A stretch of DNA of 64,000 nt, taken from assembly GCF_006345805.1 (NCBI RefSeq), contig NC_043017.1:21700001-21764000 (forward strand), read 5' to 3'. A model generated the notes under the pieces. The model ran no database searches, was not told the DNA's origin, and saw only the letters and a list, made by a program, of their open reading frames with translations. The position numbers and the translations under genes were made by a program. Of this stretch, positions 22,936-36,917 are shown one piece after another (the first letter of the stretch is position 1; each line of letters starts with the position of its first letter). The stretch is from Octopus sinensis (lineage: Eukaryota).

Positions 22936-24420
22936 GTAAATTATCCAGTATAAATCCACTGTGCACAAACACCTCAAAACTAAATAGACAGCTCTTGTTT
23001 TTGAAAGTTTTATTTCTAGAAAGAAAATAATGATATTTGATGCATTGAAATGCTTAACTTGGATTTAGTAGACAAGCCTTATGCATAATACATTAACAAG
23101 CTCAAAGCATGAGATAGTGTCAACAGAAATAAAAATTGTATAAGGAGAAATGTCTATTTACTTTTGACATGTCTGTGTATATCTAGATACACCAGTCCAT
23201 TTTGTTATTTTTTTCCAGTCTTTAATGCCAAACTTTATCTGTTAGTGAGAGAGTCTCCTCACAGACATTCAACTGACTTTACACACACACCCACACACAT
23301 CAAGTCACTTAGATTTGCATTAAATATTTCAATTCCTGATAATATCTTAAATGAAGAAAATAAATTCTTTTTTCAAGATTATAATTTCAATAGAATTATC
23401 GACAAGTTATCTGATCAACTCTACAATTAATTGCTGGTCTACTCTTTATTATTTTTTTCTCATTTACATATCTATCTATCTATCTAACTATCTATCTACC
23501 TACCTACCTACCTACCTACCTACCTACCTACCTACCTTTCTGTCTATCTATCTCTCTGTCTATCTATCTATCCATCTGTTTATCTATCCATCTGTCTGCC
23601 TGTCTGTCTATCTTTCTATATGTGTGTGTGTGTGTATCCGTAGATTTTCAATTTTTCTATTCACTTCTGTTGCATTATAATTAGGTTTGTACATTGTCTA
23701 AATATTTAATATACAGAACACAAATACTTAATTGTGTGTATGTGTGTGCCTGTGTGTGCATGTGTGTGTGTGTGTGTGCTTTAAGTCCAATATTTCATTA
23801 AGGACCGGGTTATTTCACTTTACTAGTTTACAAAGTTTATATGCCTTTGATAAATATTTACTTCATCTTTCATCTGCCTGAAGTTGATCAAACAGCTATT
23901 TAATCAAGCACTGTGCGTTGATAAAACTGACTGCATCTTCAAATAAAATGCCTCTGGTTCAACTTTCAAGATTAACTTTGTGTTTCATCCATAAGATAAA
24001 TACCAGTTACCAACTGGGATCAATGTAACTGACTGTACCCTCGAAGGAGTGTACACCAACCTTATATCCCATAATTAAAACATGGAAGTTATAACTTTCA
24101 TTCTAAGATACAAACATTACATTTGAAATGATATTCAATTAAAAGCTTCCATCAAAATTTCTTATCAATTTGTGATCCAAATATCAGAATAATAATGGTT
24201 TCATATTTTGGCATAAGGCCAGCAATTTCAGTGGCCAGAGGTAATTCGATTACATTGACTCCAGTAATTAACAGGTATTTATTGTAGTGACCCCGAAAGG
24301 ATGACAGGTAAAGTCAATTAATAATGAGAATTATTTTACTAAATTTCATCATTTTCAAAATTGAGACAAATTGTACTTAAACAGAAAAATGAAGGATTAT
24401 TTAGATGAGGTTGATGAAAT

Positions 24421-24575
24421 TTGAGTGGATGCTGAAATGCTCCTGGCTTAGGGTAAAAGAAAATACCAGAGGATCAGTTAATTATGATTTTATTCAACAT
24501 ATTCCCTTCTCAGATTCACACACTTATTGCAGTGGTCCTTCAGTTTTTCTAAGCCCTGTAAAAGAACTCGGAAGG
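24421..24575 (-). mobile_element. Mariner-derived MITE fragment
   Basis: Minus strand encodes LQGLEKLKDHCNKCVNLRREYVE*, a mariner transposase C-terminus; homologous to 54179-54347; followed by a family B SINE at ~24578-24725. Confidence 0.75.
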
Positions 24576-26003
24576 CATTGAGCTGGCAGAATTGTTAGCA
24601 CACCGGGCAAAATACTTAGCATCATTTCATCAATTTTTATGTTCTGAGTTCAAATTCTACTGAGGTCAACTTTTTTTTCATCCTTTCAGGGTCAATAAAA
24701 TAAGTACCAGCTGAATACTTGGGTTGAAACCAGTCTTACTAAAACCATTCCTGCTTACATTTGTAAAGAAATGTACAGTCTTTATGTCACAATTAATTTA
24801 TTTTTAGTGATCAAAAAAATAGACAGATTGAGTTAAATAACTTTTCTGTTATTAAGTTTGATAAAAAAATAAAAAAATTTGGAACATGACTTACAGAAAA
24901 CTTCCGACACAATTTTATTAGAAAAGTTTGAACTAAAAGAAAAACGTTTTGAAGTAGACAGGTTTTGTATCGTTGAACCAGCATTGGCGTCAAGAGTAAT
25001 ATCAGAGGGAGTTTCATGCAGGTTTCATGTCAAAAACATGTTAGGCATCTCGGAATTTCTTTCATTGTCTTGAATACATTTCAGGTCTGTGGATTTGTAA
25101 GAAATCAATATTAAGAAAGTTGTGTAAAGTTTCTTATGTAGTTCAGTGCTGGTCATTTGCATGAGATTTTAGTGAGTGTGAGTGTGTGTGTGTGGGGGGG
25201 GGAGATGTGCTTAGACAGAAATACCAAATGTGTTTTGACATTGTGAGATAGCTATAAATGAGTGTCACTGTCACACAAGTGGTGTCATTTACTACAAGTC
25301 CTCCATGGAAACATGTCCAGCAAAGGGCAAATATAGCTTTACCAGGAAACAAAAGAAGGTTGGGAACAGGAAGAGCATCAGGTTGTAGAAAACCTGCTTC
25401 AACGAATCCTCGCTCATGCAAGCAAAGAAAAGTGGATATCAAGACAATGTTGTTGATGATGGTGATATCAGTTAAAGCCATCCCTGACCACATTTCTAAA
25501 GAAATGTACAGTATTGGTGGTGGTGATGATGATGATGATGATGATGGCACTGGTTGAGGTGGTGGTGGTGGTGGTGGTGGTGATGTAGATAACATCCATT
25601 TCTCTCATTAATTTGATATTCAGTTATGGGGGGAAAATGATAACCTGGATCTCACCTAGTCTAAGACTATGTAAACATCAAATAATAAAATGTCTGATGA
25701 TGATAGGTAACAATCAAAACTAAATTCAAAATGTTGTGCAATTATTAAAGAATGTGATGTAATTAAGCGTCAATATGAATAATGCAAATATAAACTGCAA
25801 AGATGAGGTTGGAAGTCCTGGTAATTATAATTTGATTAACCAAAATTTGTCTCAGACGTTCTGACATTTAATTCATTTATAAGAATACATCATAGCTATT
25901 TCATAATTATCAAAATAATTATAATTATGTCCTAATTAGCAATCGGTATAACATTTGTTTATGTATATACAAAAACACAGATTGGCACTCACAGTAATAT
26001 TTC

Positions 26004-26487
26004 AATATTTTGTCTGAGAGAAGGCGGCAAGCTGGCAGAAATGTTAGAACGCTAGTCAAAATGCTTAGCGGTATTTTGCCTGTCTTTACAGTCTGAGTTC
26101 AAAGTTCTGCCAGGGTTGACTTTGACTTTCATCCCTTTGGGGTTGATAAATTAAGTACCAGTTGCGTACTGGGGTCAATCTAATCGACTGGCCACCTCCC
26201 CTAAAATTTCAGGACTTGTTCCTAGAGTAGAAAAGAATATTTTGTCTGAGAGAAGGCGGCAAACTGGCAGAAATGTTAGAATGCCAGTCGAAATGCTTAG
26301 AGGTATTTTGCCTGCTTTTACGTTCTGAGTTCAAAGTTCTGCCAAGGTTGACTTTGACTTTCATCCCTTTGGGGTTGATAAATTAAGTACCAGTTGAGTA
26401 CTGGGTCGATCTAATCAACTAGGCCCCCCTCTCCCAAAATTTCGGGCCTTGTGCCAAGAGTAGAAAAGAATATTTTATCCGAGAGAA
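26004..26487 (+). mobile_element. Tandem dimer of full-length family B SINE with three copies of the target site
   Basis: aatattttgtctgagagaa at 26004 and 26236, a variant at 26469; two ~213-bp SINE copies lie between them. Confidence 0.9.
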
Positions 26488-27394
26488 ATTTCTCAAAGAA
26501 ACTAATATATTAACAAAACACAGAGCTCACCCAGACTGTCATTTTTGGATCCACACCCAAAATATTCCAAGTGTAATGACCTACCATTAATGTTCCGGAC
26601 AAGCTCTGTGTTTTTATGTCTTTTTTAACAGGAAAGATCTTTGAAAAGTCTCTCGGGAACAAAATATCACAGCTAGCTCCATCCACCCAGACACCCCATC
26701 ACCTCTTTTTTTACTCTCTTATGAGCTCCCTATCACCCCCTTTCTGCTAGATGAGGAGTAACTATGGTATGCTTCTCCAGCAAAAAAATTGTTCTGTTCT
26801 GGGGTCCCTTCTCTAAAACTTTACCTCTCTCTATTCCTCATCTCCTAGCATAAGGCCATCTCTCTCAGGGTTCATAGTATTATAAGCTATATGGCAACTC
26901 CACTAGTGTTGGTGCCATGAGAAAAGCACCCAGTACATGCTGTAAAATGGTTGGCATTTGGAAGGGCATCCACTTATTAGAAACCCAGTCAAAGTGGGCA
27001 CTGGAGCACAATGCAGTCCTTGGAACCATCACATCCTATCAGACCATCAAATCCATGCTAACATGGAACATAGTTAAATGATGATGGTGATGATGATGAT
27101 GATGATATGCTATAAACTTTATATAACATCATTAATTCAATCTAATGCTGTTTCTAATCTCATGTCAATCTATTTAATGTGGACTTATCTCCTAATTGGT
27201 TTAATGTAGTTTAATTGTTAATTAAGTATTTACAGCAGTATTATTTAACAGAATAATTAACATACATGTAAACGTATCTATTTAAGTGTTAGAATAATTT
27301 AACTGATTTGCGTGTTCTCTCCTCGTGACATGCAATTAAGCTGACTTTCAACAGAATGGTCCACACACTGGGACAAACACATTGAGACACTGTG

Positions 27395-27712
27395 AAGACG
27401 TGTAGCTTAGTAGTTAGAGTACTTGGCTCACGATTGTAAGTTCATGAGTTCAATTCCCAGTGGCATCATGTCTTTGAGTAAGACACTTTATTTTACATTG
27501 CACTTGTCCACTCAGCTGGTAAAAATGTGTTGTATCTGTAATTCAAAGGGGCCAGCCTTGTCACATTTTGTGCCACACTGAATTTCCCTGAGAACTATGT
27601 TACGGGTACTTGTGTCTTGGAGCACTCAGCCACTTGCATGTTAATTTCATGAGCGGGCTGTTCCTTTGATCTGATCAACTAGAACACTCATAGTTGTAAC
27701 CGATGGAGTGCT
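27395..27712 (+). mobile_element. tRNA-derived SINE family D
   Basis: A box tagcttagtagttag, B box gagttcaattcc, body ttcaaaggggccagccttgtcacatt; copies at 46140-46470(-), 47145-47375 and 47979-48207. Confidence 0.85.
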
Positions 27713-27864
27713 GAGACATGTGCTGTCACCCAAATGTTTTACAAAAGAGGAAAGTGAAACTGGATTATGTCGTGGTGGATATCCTTGCTATTGAGTCAGG
27801 TGCCACCACCACCACCACCATTTGTTTATATATATATATATATATAGATAGATATATATATATA

Positions 27865-27987
27865 TAGTTGAAATTTACAGAAAAACAAAAGACAAAGACA
27901 GGTGTATAAACAACAAGCAGGTGTATTAGTTTGATGTTCAGGAAGGTGAGAAAGTCTTTTATGTTTCAAGCCTATGCTCTTTAACAC
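27865..27987 (-). mobile_element. Truncated copy of the A6U-hammerhead element
   Basis: Reverse complement matches 42995-43116 (gagcataggct.gaaac.taaaagactttctcaccttcctga..); the 3' end abuts (TA)n. Confidence 0.75.
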
Positions 27988-28863
27988 TTATATATATATA
28001 TATGTCTGTATGCATGTATCCCTTATCAGGGAATAGAGTAGGTAAAATCCAGGCTACATATGTTTCAAAGCTAGCATATATAGCTATATAGTATATATAT
28101 ATATATATATAGCATATGTAGTTATGTGCATTCAGTGTTTTCATATAAATATGTATTTTAATGAAAATCCTTAAAAAATTGTAGCTGATCTTAATATGAA
28201 TCTCATATATATTTTAAAAATATTTAGATTTAATTTACTAAATGTTTCCCTGTTATTTTACACATGCAAAATATACATATTTACACAGGCTAACACATGC
28301 ACATACCATCATCAGCTTTAGCTATAAGCATTCCTATTACACACACACACATATCTACATATATATACATATATATATACACACATACACATCTACACAC
28401 ATACATATGCACACACAGATACTCATATATATATATACACACACAAATGCCTTTATATTCATTAATACATAAATATTTAAAATGACAAATGTATTTTCGC
28501 AAATTGATATGCAAATTTCAATTCAGAAATATTCCACTATATCTGAGACTATCATTACAATCTAAGACAAGATTTATTAATTTTCTTCCTTTCTTCCCAA
28601 AACCCAATGAAACTCAATGTTTCTTCATTATTCTTCCAAAACTTTGAAATTTCCTTTTCATTTCATTTCCTATAAAATCTGATAGTTTTGACAGGAAAAT
28701 GATAGCGTATAGAAAATTCTATTCTTTTATTTTCTTATTCATTTCATTCATTAGATCTTGGCCATGCTGGGGCATTTCCTTGAAGAGCTAAATCTGAGTA
28801 GCACTTTAAACTAAGTATCACTTTAAGCTAAGCTGAGTATCACTTTTAACTGCATCTGGTAGT

Positions 28864-29174
28864 AAGTGGAGGCACATGGCCTAGTGGTTAGAGCAGCGGA
28901 CTTGCGGTTGAGGGATCGCGGGTTCGAATCTCAGACCCGACGATGTGTGTATTTATGAGCGAAACACCTAAGCTCCACGTGGCTCCAGCAGAAGGTTAAT
29001 GGTGAAACTTCTGCTGACTCTTTCGCCACAACTTTCTTTCACTCTTTATTCCTGCATCTTGCAGCTCACCTGCAATGGACCGGCGTCCCATCCAGGTGGG
29101 GAACCTATACACCAAGAAACTGGGAAACCGGCCCTTATGAGCCAGGCATGGCTCAAGAAGGAACAAACAACAAA
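28864..29174 (+). mobile_element. Full-length tRNA-derived SINE family F with 12-bp TSD
   Basis: TSD gcatctggtagt at 28852-28863 and 29175-29186; A box tggcctagtgg, B box gggttcgaatc; (AAC)n tail. Confidence 0.92.
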
Positions 29175-29942
29175 GCATCTGGTAGTGGGGCTCCGAATCG
29201 GAAGTTCCAGAGCTATGAACAGTGTGGAACCATCTCTTAAAACACTTTGGTGTCTAGGTTTACTCAACCTTGTTCAGTAGCACTTGTCCATGTCCCAGCT
29301 ATGGATAAATTAGTATTTAAGGGCTTGTGTACCTATGTATTTGAACACTGGATCTGGCAGACTCTGCAGGGGAAATTTTCATGTTTCAACAGAGAAGCAG
29401 ATAGCTGCAGCAATGCATTGTAAAGACCAGGGAGTAAAACGACATAACAAAGACATCTTTGTCATCTGCTGCATCTGTCTCCATCCCCTCTCATCTTGTC
29501 CTGGTTTTGCCAATGGATTGATGATGATCATGGATGAGAGAGTGTTATCGATGATGCACAACTCTTCTTCACTTTAAACAAATGGAATCACAATCTTACA
29601 ATCAGGAGTCCAATATACTAACGACTCAGCCAGGTGGCTCCACTTTGAGAGGCTGTGCTTTACAGCTGGATGCCCTTCTTGGTGGGAACCAATTTGATTA
29701 GTTACCTTCTGCAACCAGAGCTAGATTAAGACCCATAGAAGCCCTAAGCACTTAAAAGATGTTGGTGCTCCCTTATATATGAAATTAAAAAATATAAACA
29801 ATAATAAACTAAAAAATAAATTATTTTCAAATTCAAAACAAAACTCACAAAAAGATGGGAAATAATGTTTATTTTTCTATACTTCCATTTTTTATATATT
29901 TGAAGAGTTTTCTCCAAATTCTTTTAATTGGAAAACTTTTAT

Positions 29943-30133
29943 TCTTATATTCTTTTACTGGTTTCAGTCTTTTGACTGCGGCCATGCTGGAGCACCACCT
30001 TAAGTCATACAAATCAACCCAGGACTTATTTTTTGTCAGCCTCCTACTTATTCTATCGGTCTCTTTTGCCAAACTGTTAAGTTACAGGTTGTCAAGCGGT
30101 GGGGGGTGGGGACAAACACAGACACACAAACAT

Positions 30134-30173
<40 letters not shown>

Positions 30174-30328
30174 GATGGACTTCTTTCAGTTTCCATATAC
30201 CAAATCCACTCTCAAGACTTTGGTCAGCCCAAGGTTGCAGTGAAAGACATTTTCTCGAGGTACTACACAGTTTAACTGAACCCAGAACCATGTGGTTGGG
30301 AAGCAAGCTTCTTACCACACAGCCACAC
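29943..30328 (-). mobile_element. SINE family A
   Basis: Reverse complement of the family A head, body and tail. Confidence 0.9.
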
Positions 30329-31154
30329 CTGATCAAATTCTCAAAATTAATCTTACACAACACATCCGCTTCTATAGTTAGTAGCGACAAGATGTTCCAA
30401 ATATCATTTTAGCAAATTTAAAATTATTTCTTTTGTACTATAAACCATCTACCATTTCTGTGATCCCCTATTTCCCTTGGAGCCCTAAGCACATTCATAT
30501 ATTGTTAAATGGTTAACCCAGCACTACCTGCAACAGAGAAAGATATAGTATACTCTACTTATTCCAAACAGCCAAAATAATCAGTAAACATTGTTTAAAC
30601 TCAAGCCATTCATAACAAACTTTGTAATTTCCATATATTTCTATACACAAGTATCTTTTATCCATGCAAAATTGCAATTATAGATCTAGCAAGAAGGTGC
30701 ACATAGCATTATGTAAGTTTACTGTAAGCTTTTATAGACAGAAACCCCAGCATAATTATATATATAGAGAGAGAGATACTGCAACAGTGTTGTCACAAGT
30801 TTTACAAATATTATGTTTCACTGAGTGTCTTTACTGCATGAACTGGTAATCTTAACCAGCAGAGTTTCTCGTGGGTTTGTATTAAGTTATTTAATTAATG
30901 GCGCTTCGTACTAACAACAGATACATAGCGATAGGGAAATGGCTAAAGGAAAGGAAATGTGTATGCACACATGCACACACATACACATGCACAAAATCAC
31001 ACCAAAATCAACATGTTACCAATAGAGAATTGAAGCTGATATGTATGTGTGTGTGCGTGTGTGTGTGTGTGCATGTATGTGTGTGTATACACATGTACAC
31101 ATATACAAGTGTGCATGTGTATGTAAATATATATGTGTGTGTGTGTTTGTGTAC

Positions 31155-31186
<32 letters not shown>

Positions 31187-32132
31187 TTATATATATATAC
31201 ATATATATGTATGTATATTTATGAATATATATATAAATGCACATACACACACATATATACATATAAAGCAGAGAGAAATTAATGCCCACACTTGTTGATA
31301 TATACGTGTGTGTGTGTGTGTGTATACATATATGCATATATATTTAATTTATATATATAGTTCAATTATATATACTGTATGCACACAAATATATGCTCAA
31401 ACACACACACACACACACACACACATATGAAATCTCATGAAGTACAAACATAAAAATTCCCCCTTCTCCACCACAACCACCACCACCACCACCACCACTA
31501 TCCCCATCACCACCACTATCTCCATCACCACCACCACCATTTCTGGCATACAAGTACAGTATAATTTATTGCTTCTGAGATTTCTTCACAAATAAAGCAG
31601 ATGTTAAGAAAGATGCTGAAGGGAACTGTGTGACAGTTACATGAACATTGCTTGCAGTAATAATAATGGCCCATCAGGTGACCAGCATCCAGCAGAGTTT
31701 TACAGATTAGCCATATTTTTATGGCCACTGCTTCATCGGAAATTAAACATAGCAGGCTTTTCTCGACGGTTCTTATATCGATTTTGAAAATTCTGCAAAA
31801 GAGCCAAGCTTTTGTTGCTCTGAATCGCAGACAAACAAACTTGTTGGCTTGGAAGTCAGTCCAGCAGCCTTTGAGTTTGAAATGTTCTCTCTAGCTTTGT
31901 TTTGCTTTGTTTGTTTGTTTGTTTGTTTAATTTCATTGTTATTATTATTGTTATTTGTTGTTGTTGTTGTTGTTGTTGTGCAGGTTTAACTTGTGCAGAG
32001 TCGCGAAAAAAAAAAAGAAAGATAGGGAAAAAAATACTTCGATAGAGGAAACTTTGGTGCAAGTCACAGCACTAAAGGATAAAATTCAGAATAAAATACC
32101 TGGTAAAAGAACTAGGAAGTTATATATGAAAA

Positions 32133-32480
32133 GTGGCTGAGTGGTAAGAAGCTTGCTTCCTGATCATGTGGTTCTGGGTTCAGTCCCACTGCATAGTACC
32201 TTGGGCTAACTGAAAAGCCATGGGAGGGAACTGGAAGACAGAACCTGAAAGAAACCTGTTGTATATGCATGTATAAACCTATGTATGTGTGTTTATGTTT
32301 GTTTCTCACAATACTTTAACAATCGGTGTTGGTTTGCTTGCATTCCTGTGACTTAGCAGTTTGACAAAAGAGACTGATAGAATAAATATCGGACTTAAAA
32401 GTAATAAGTGTTGGGGTTGATTTGGTAGACTAAATTCTTGAAGGTGGTGTGCAGTCCAATGACTCAAATGCATAAAAGGA
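32133..32480 (+). mobile_element. SINE family A (diverged)
   Basis: gtggctgagtggtaagaagcttgcttcc..gggttcagtcccactg..gactgatagaataa. Confidence 0.8.
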
Positions 32481-33329
32481 AATGGAACAAATGTGTGTAT
32501 GTGTGTGTGTGCACACGCGTGTATTTGTGTATATATGTGTGTTTATGTTTTTGCCTATGTGTGTGCATATGCTTGTTTATTTGTGTGTGTGTCTGTGTGT
32601 GTATGCATGTGTGTTTTTTTTGTGCGTATGTGTGTTTATTTGTGTATGCATTTGTCAGTATGTATGTGTTTATCTGTGAGCATGTCTGTGTGTGTATACA
32701 TGTTTGTGTCTGTATGTGTGTGTGTTTTTCAGTGTGTATGTGTTTATTTGTGAGTGTGCATGTGTGTTTATCTGAGTGTGTATGTGTATGTTTGTGTCAG
32801 TGTGTGTGTATGTGTGTTTGTCTCTCTGTGTCTCTTTGCTTCGATGGTGTGCAACTGTTGTAAACAAGCATCACCTTCATACTAGCAGTGTCGTTTATTT
32901 CTAGTCTCCCATGGAGAACATATCTAACCATGGGGGAGAATATTTCTTTGCCTGGAAATAGACGAGGGTTGACAACAGGAAGAGCATCATTCACAGAAAA
33001 TCCATTTCAATGTCCCATACATGCATTATGACTTCTATAAATGCCAAAGGAACCATCATCATCATCATCATTATCATTTTAATGTCAACTTTTTCATTCT
33101 TGCATGGGTTAGATAGAGTTTACTATAACAGATCTCCGATATTTGGATGCCCTTCCTGTCACCAGCTGGTACTTTATTTATATCAAGCCTGTAAGGATGA
33201 AAGGCAAAGTTGACTCCAGTGGAATTTGAACTCACAATGCTAAGAGGTGGAAGAAAGACCATTACCATTTTGTCTGATGTGGTAACAATTCTGCCAACTC
33301 TGCAAAAATAATGTAACTGGGATATATGC

Positions 33330-33870
33330 AATTAAATAACAGAAGAATGTGGAGCAAAAATCAAAAGAACGAATGAGATAGCTAGAAAGTTATTTGGAAA
33401 TAAAAAAATAGCAACCAGACTAACATCACAAAACATTATTATGGAAACCATAGAGAAAAAAAAAAGAAATGCTTAAAATGCTATATATGGTCTTTGGTAG
33501 TAACGGAAGGTGAAACATGGATATTAACAAAAGTATTATCAAATAGATTAGAAACCTTTGTGATGTGGGTGTATAAAAGAGTTCTGAGAATGGCATGGAG
33601 ATGAAGTGATGAAGTACTTAGAATGATAAAAACTAAGAAAATTAATAGTAGACACCATCAAAGAGATGAAATTGAAAATGTTCTGGACACCTAATTAGGA
33701 GAAATGGTTCATGGAGAGTATAAAGAAGAAATGGGTTAGAATGAAGAATATGTGAGATAGTGAGGAGATGGCATCAAATGTTGGACTGGCTTAGAATGTA
33801 GAGAATGTATAAATGTTAAAGGACAGTGGTGGTAGATGGAAGTGGGTGGGATATCGTATGCAACCTGCTG
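33330..33870 (+). pseudogene. Degenerate RTE-clade LINE ORF2 3' fragment
   Basis: Frameshifted segments KCYIWSLVVTEGETWILTK, RLETFVMWVYKRVLRMAWR, EVLRMIKTK and GHLIRRN, typical of the post-RT region of RTE/BovB elements. Confidence 0.75.
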
Positions 33871-33930
33871 GGAGTGGACACTACCTAATGGTGTAGGGCT
33901 GTATGTGTGTGTGTGTATCGTGGTGTATTG

Positions 33931-34064
33931 CAGCTGTGTAGTAAGAAGCTTGCTTCCCAATCACATGGTTCTGGGTTCAGTGCCACCGTGTGGCACCTTG
34001 AGGAGCAAAAGCTGATCAAAGCCTTGTGAGTGAATTTAGTAAATGGAAACTGAAAGAAGCCCAT

Positions 34065-34106
<42 letters not shown>

Positions 34107-34329
34107 CATTTATGTCTGCGTTTGTTCCCCTGCCACTGTTGCTGTGTTTACATCTCCACAACTTAGCTGTTCAGCAAAACAAGACCAATAGAATAAATAC
34201 TAGACCCTAAGGCAAAAAAATAAAAAGAAAGAAAAATCCTGGGGATGATTTGTTTGACTAAAACCTTTCAAGGCAGTGCCCCAGCATGGCCACAGCCAAA
34301 ATGGCTGAAATAAGGAAAGAATAAAAGAT
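33931..34329 (+). mobile_element. SINE family A
   Basis: Head, (GT)n and tail ggcagtgccccagcatggccacag. Confidence 0.88.
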
Positions 34330-34489
34330 ATGCATGTCATGTAGGTTTGGTGATACAAACAGAAAAGTAGAACTCAAAGCAGGAACACTACATAATGTCC
34401 AGTCCAGGACGCAGACCCTCAACCAAACCAATGACCACAAGCCTAACACACACACACACAATAATCCAATGAGGAAATAGGCTGTTCAA

Positions 34490-34998
34490 ATCACTCATCA
34501 TTATCATTGTTTGACCGTGGTCGAGACAATGGAATTTACCATGCTACGCCAGACTTCACGGTCCATCATGGCATTACGGAGGTCCTGTTGCTGGATGCCT
34601 GTATCCCTGGGGATTACATCAGGGTAGGTGACTGTGCGCCCTCTGGTATTGCAAGTAGATGGCTTCCAGAGGAGAAGAGTAGAAATTGCCTCGTTTTCAG
34701 CTCTACAACAATGTCCAGAAAATTGGACTCTCCTACCTTTCACAAGAGATAGTACAGGTGGTAGTTTCCCATATATTTGCATTTTGGTTGGATGGCGCTT
34801 CCACGAGAGATTTTGAGCTCTCATAAGGAGGCGAGTGTAGGTTCCATCCAATCGCCTCTCAAGCTTCTTTGATAACGTCCAGGTTTCTGAGCCATATAGT
34901 AGAATTGGTTCGACTGTGGTTTTGAAGATTTCAAGTTTGAAGTCTCTACTTAGATTTGATGACCAGATCTTATGCATGTCATTACAGGCTGACCAGGC
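34490..34998 (-). pseudogene. 5'-truncated RTE-type LINE, ORF2 C-terminus
   Basis: 157-aa ORF with PILLYGSETWTLSKKLERRLDGTYTRLLMRAQNLSW and GHCCR..LLLWKP..MMDREVWR motifs; the stop is followed by a (TGA)-like tail. Confidence 0.9.
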
Positions 34999-35288
34999 TC
35001 ACTAGAGTACAGTACTCATCAATGAAACCAATGGAAAGTACGTTACATATCTTATGGAGGAGTCGTGGTTAAAGATAAATAGGATGCAATTGGTCAAGAA
35101 ACACCAGGACTTACAAACACATATAACTTACAGAAAATAGCACTACTAGGCACTGCACACATCCTATGCAAAACACTTTCAATACAGTAACCATAAGAGC
35201 ATCACAGCAAACCACAGCACATACCCAAGGCACACAGAGCTGAGCTCGGTAGTGAAGTGAAAGCACGCTATAAAAATAAAACTACTGA

Positions 35289-35315
35289 ATAATAATAATA
35301 ATAATAATAATAATG

Positions 35316-35353
<38 letters not shown>

Positions 35354-35465
35354 CATAATAATAATAATAATAATAATAATGATGATAATAATAATGATTT
35401 CTTTTATTCATTATTATTATTTTAAACTCGACAAAGACAGGCTTGCTGTTGAAATATTGTTCAAC

Positions 35466-35505
<40 letters not shown>

Positions 35506-35742
35506 GTTATTATTATTATTATTATCATTAAATGCATTATACAAAAATATTGAAATGATGATGATAATAATAATGATTTCTTTTATTCATTATTATTATT
35601 TTAAACTCGACAAAGACAGGCTTGCTGTTGAAATACTGTTCAACCAGTATTATTATTATTATTATTATTGTTGTTGTTGTTATTATTATTATCATTATTG
35701 TTGTTATTATTATCTTTAAATGCATTATACAAAAATATTGAA
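35289..35742. repeat. Tandem duplication of a ~75-bp core flanked by complementary (AAT)n and (TAT)n
   Basis: gatttcttttattcattattattattttaaactcgacaaagacaggcttgctgttgaaata at ~35396 and ~35575. Confidence 0.9.
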
Positions 35743-36606
35743 AATATTGCGGAAGCCTGCAGTCAATAATCCACTCTAGTCTCTTCATTAGCTGTCTTAA
35801 CTAGAAAACAGTCTGATAACAACCACACCTACGTATTTGTATAAGTTTACTGAAGTTTTTTAATGATGTTGATGATGTTTTTCTCTGTGATGGTGGTGGT
35901 GGTGATGAAGCTGGCTGTAGTAACGGTGGTGTCGGTGGTGGTGGTGATAATTGTGTTGACAAACATGATGACGATGTTGATGATAATGGTGATAGGGGTA
36001 ACCATAGTGATAGTGATGATGATGATGGTGGTCAGTGGTGGGCGAGGATATAATGACAATCAACTTTTTTTCACCAAATATTTAGAATGTACAGAATTTT
36101 TTTAGATAATGAACTGTAGTTGGAAGTTATGTCTAATCATTGGTTGACTCGATAGGGATCGACCTAGGGCTAAACAACAACAACAACAACAAAAACAACA
36201 TGAATCCACCACCTTTGCAGAATTGTACCTTCCTGGGGTCTCTCAGGATATCTTTTAGTGTTCATCTCTTCCTTCTTTCAGTCATTAGACTGTGGCCATG
36301 CTGGAGCACAGCCTCAAAGAACTTTCAGCTGAAAGAATCAACCCCAGGACTTATTTTCTTTAAGTTTGTTACTTATTCTATCAGTCTTTTTTTGCTGAAC
36401 TGCTAAGTTACAGGGCTGCCATGCAGTGGAACTGAACCTGGAACCATACGGTTAAAAAGTAAAAAGTAAACTTCTTACCACACAGCCATGCCTGAACCTA
36501 TACATATTTCAAATATAGTTCATGTCTTTCATTATAAATTTCCCTCATTATACAAATTTTTATCATTATCCCTACCATCACCACCATCCTCACAAAATGT
36601 ATTTTT

Positions 36607-36871
36607 TATTCTTTTACTTGTTTCAGTCATTTGACTACAGCCATACTGGAGCACTGCCTTTAGTCGAACAAGTCAACCCTAGGACTTATTCTTTGTAAGC
36701 CTAGTACTTATTCTACTGATCTCTTTTGCCTAACTTAGTTACTAAGTTACAGGAATATAAACACACCAGCATTGGTTGCAAAGTGATGGTGGGGGTCAAA
36801 CATAGATACACAAATACATACATACATATATACATATACATACATATATATATATACATACATATATATAT

Positions 36872-36917
<46 letters not shown>

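Noticed and set aside
25694-25722. CTGATGA-tgat...atc-aaaa-ctaa
   Set aside because: No GAAA and no stem I; likely a chance match within a GAT repeat.
29290-29600. Possible old LINE (CR1/L2-like) 3' remnants here and at ~40390-40615
   Set aside because: Too degenerate to assign by eye; no unambiguous motif.
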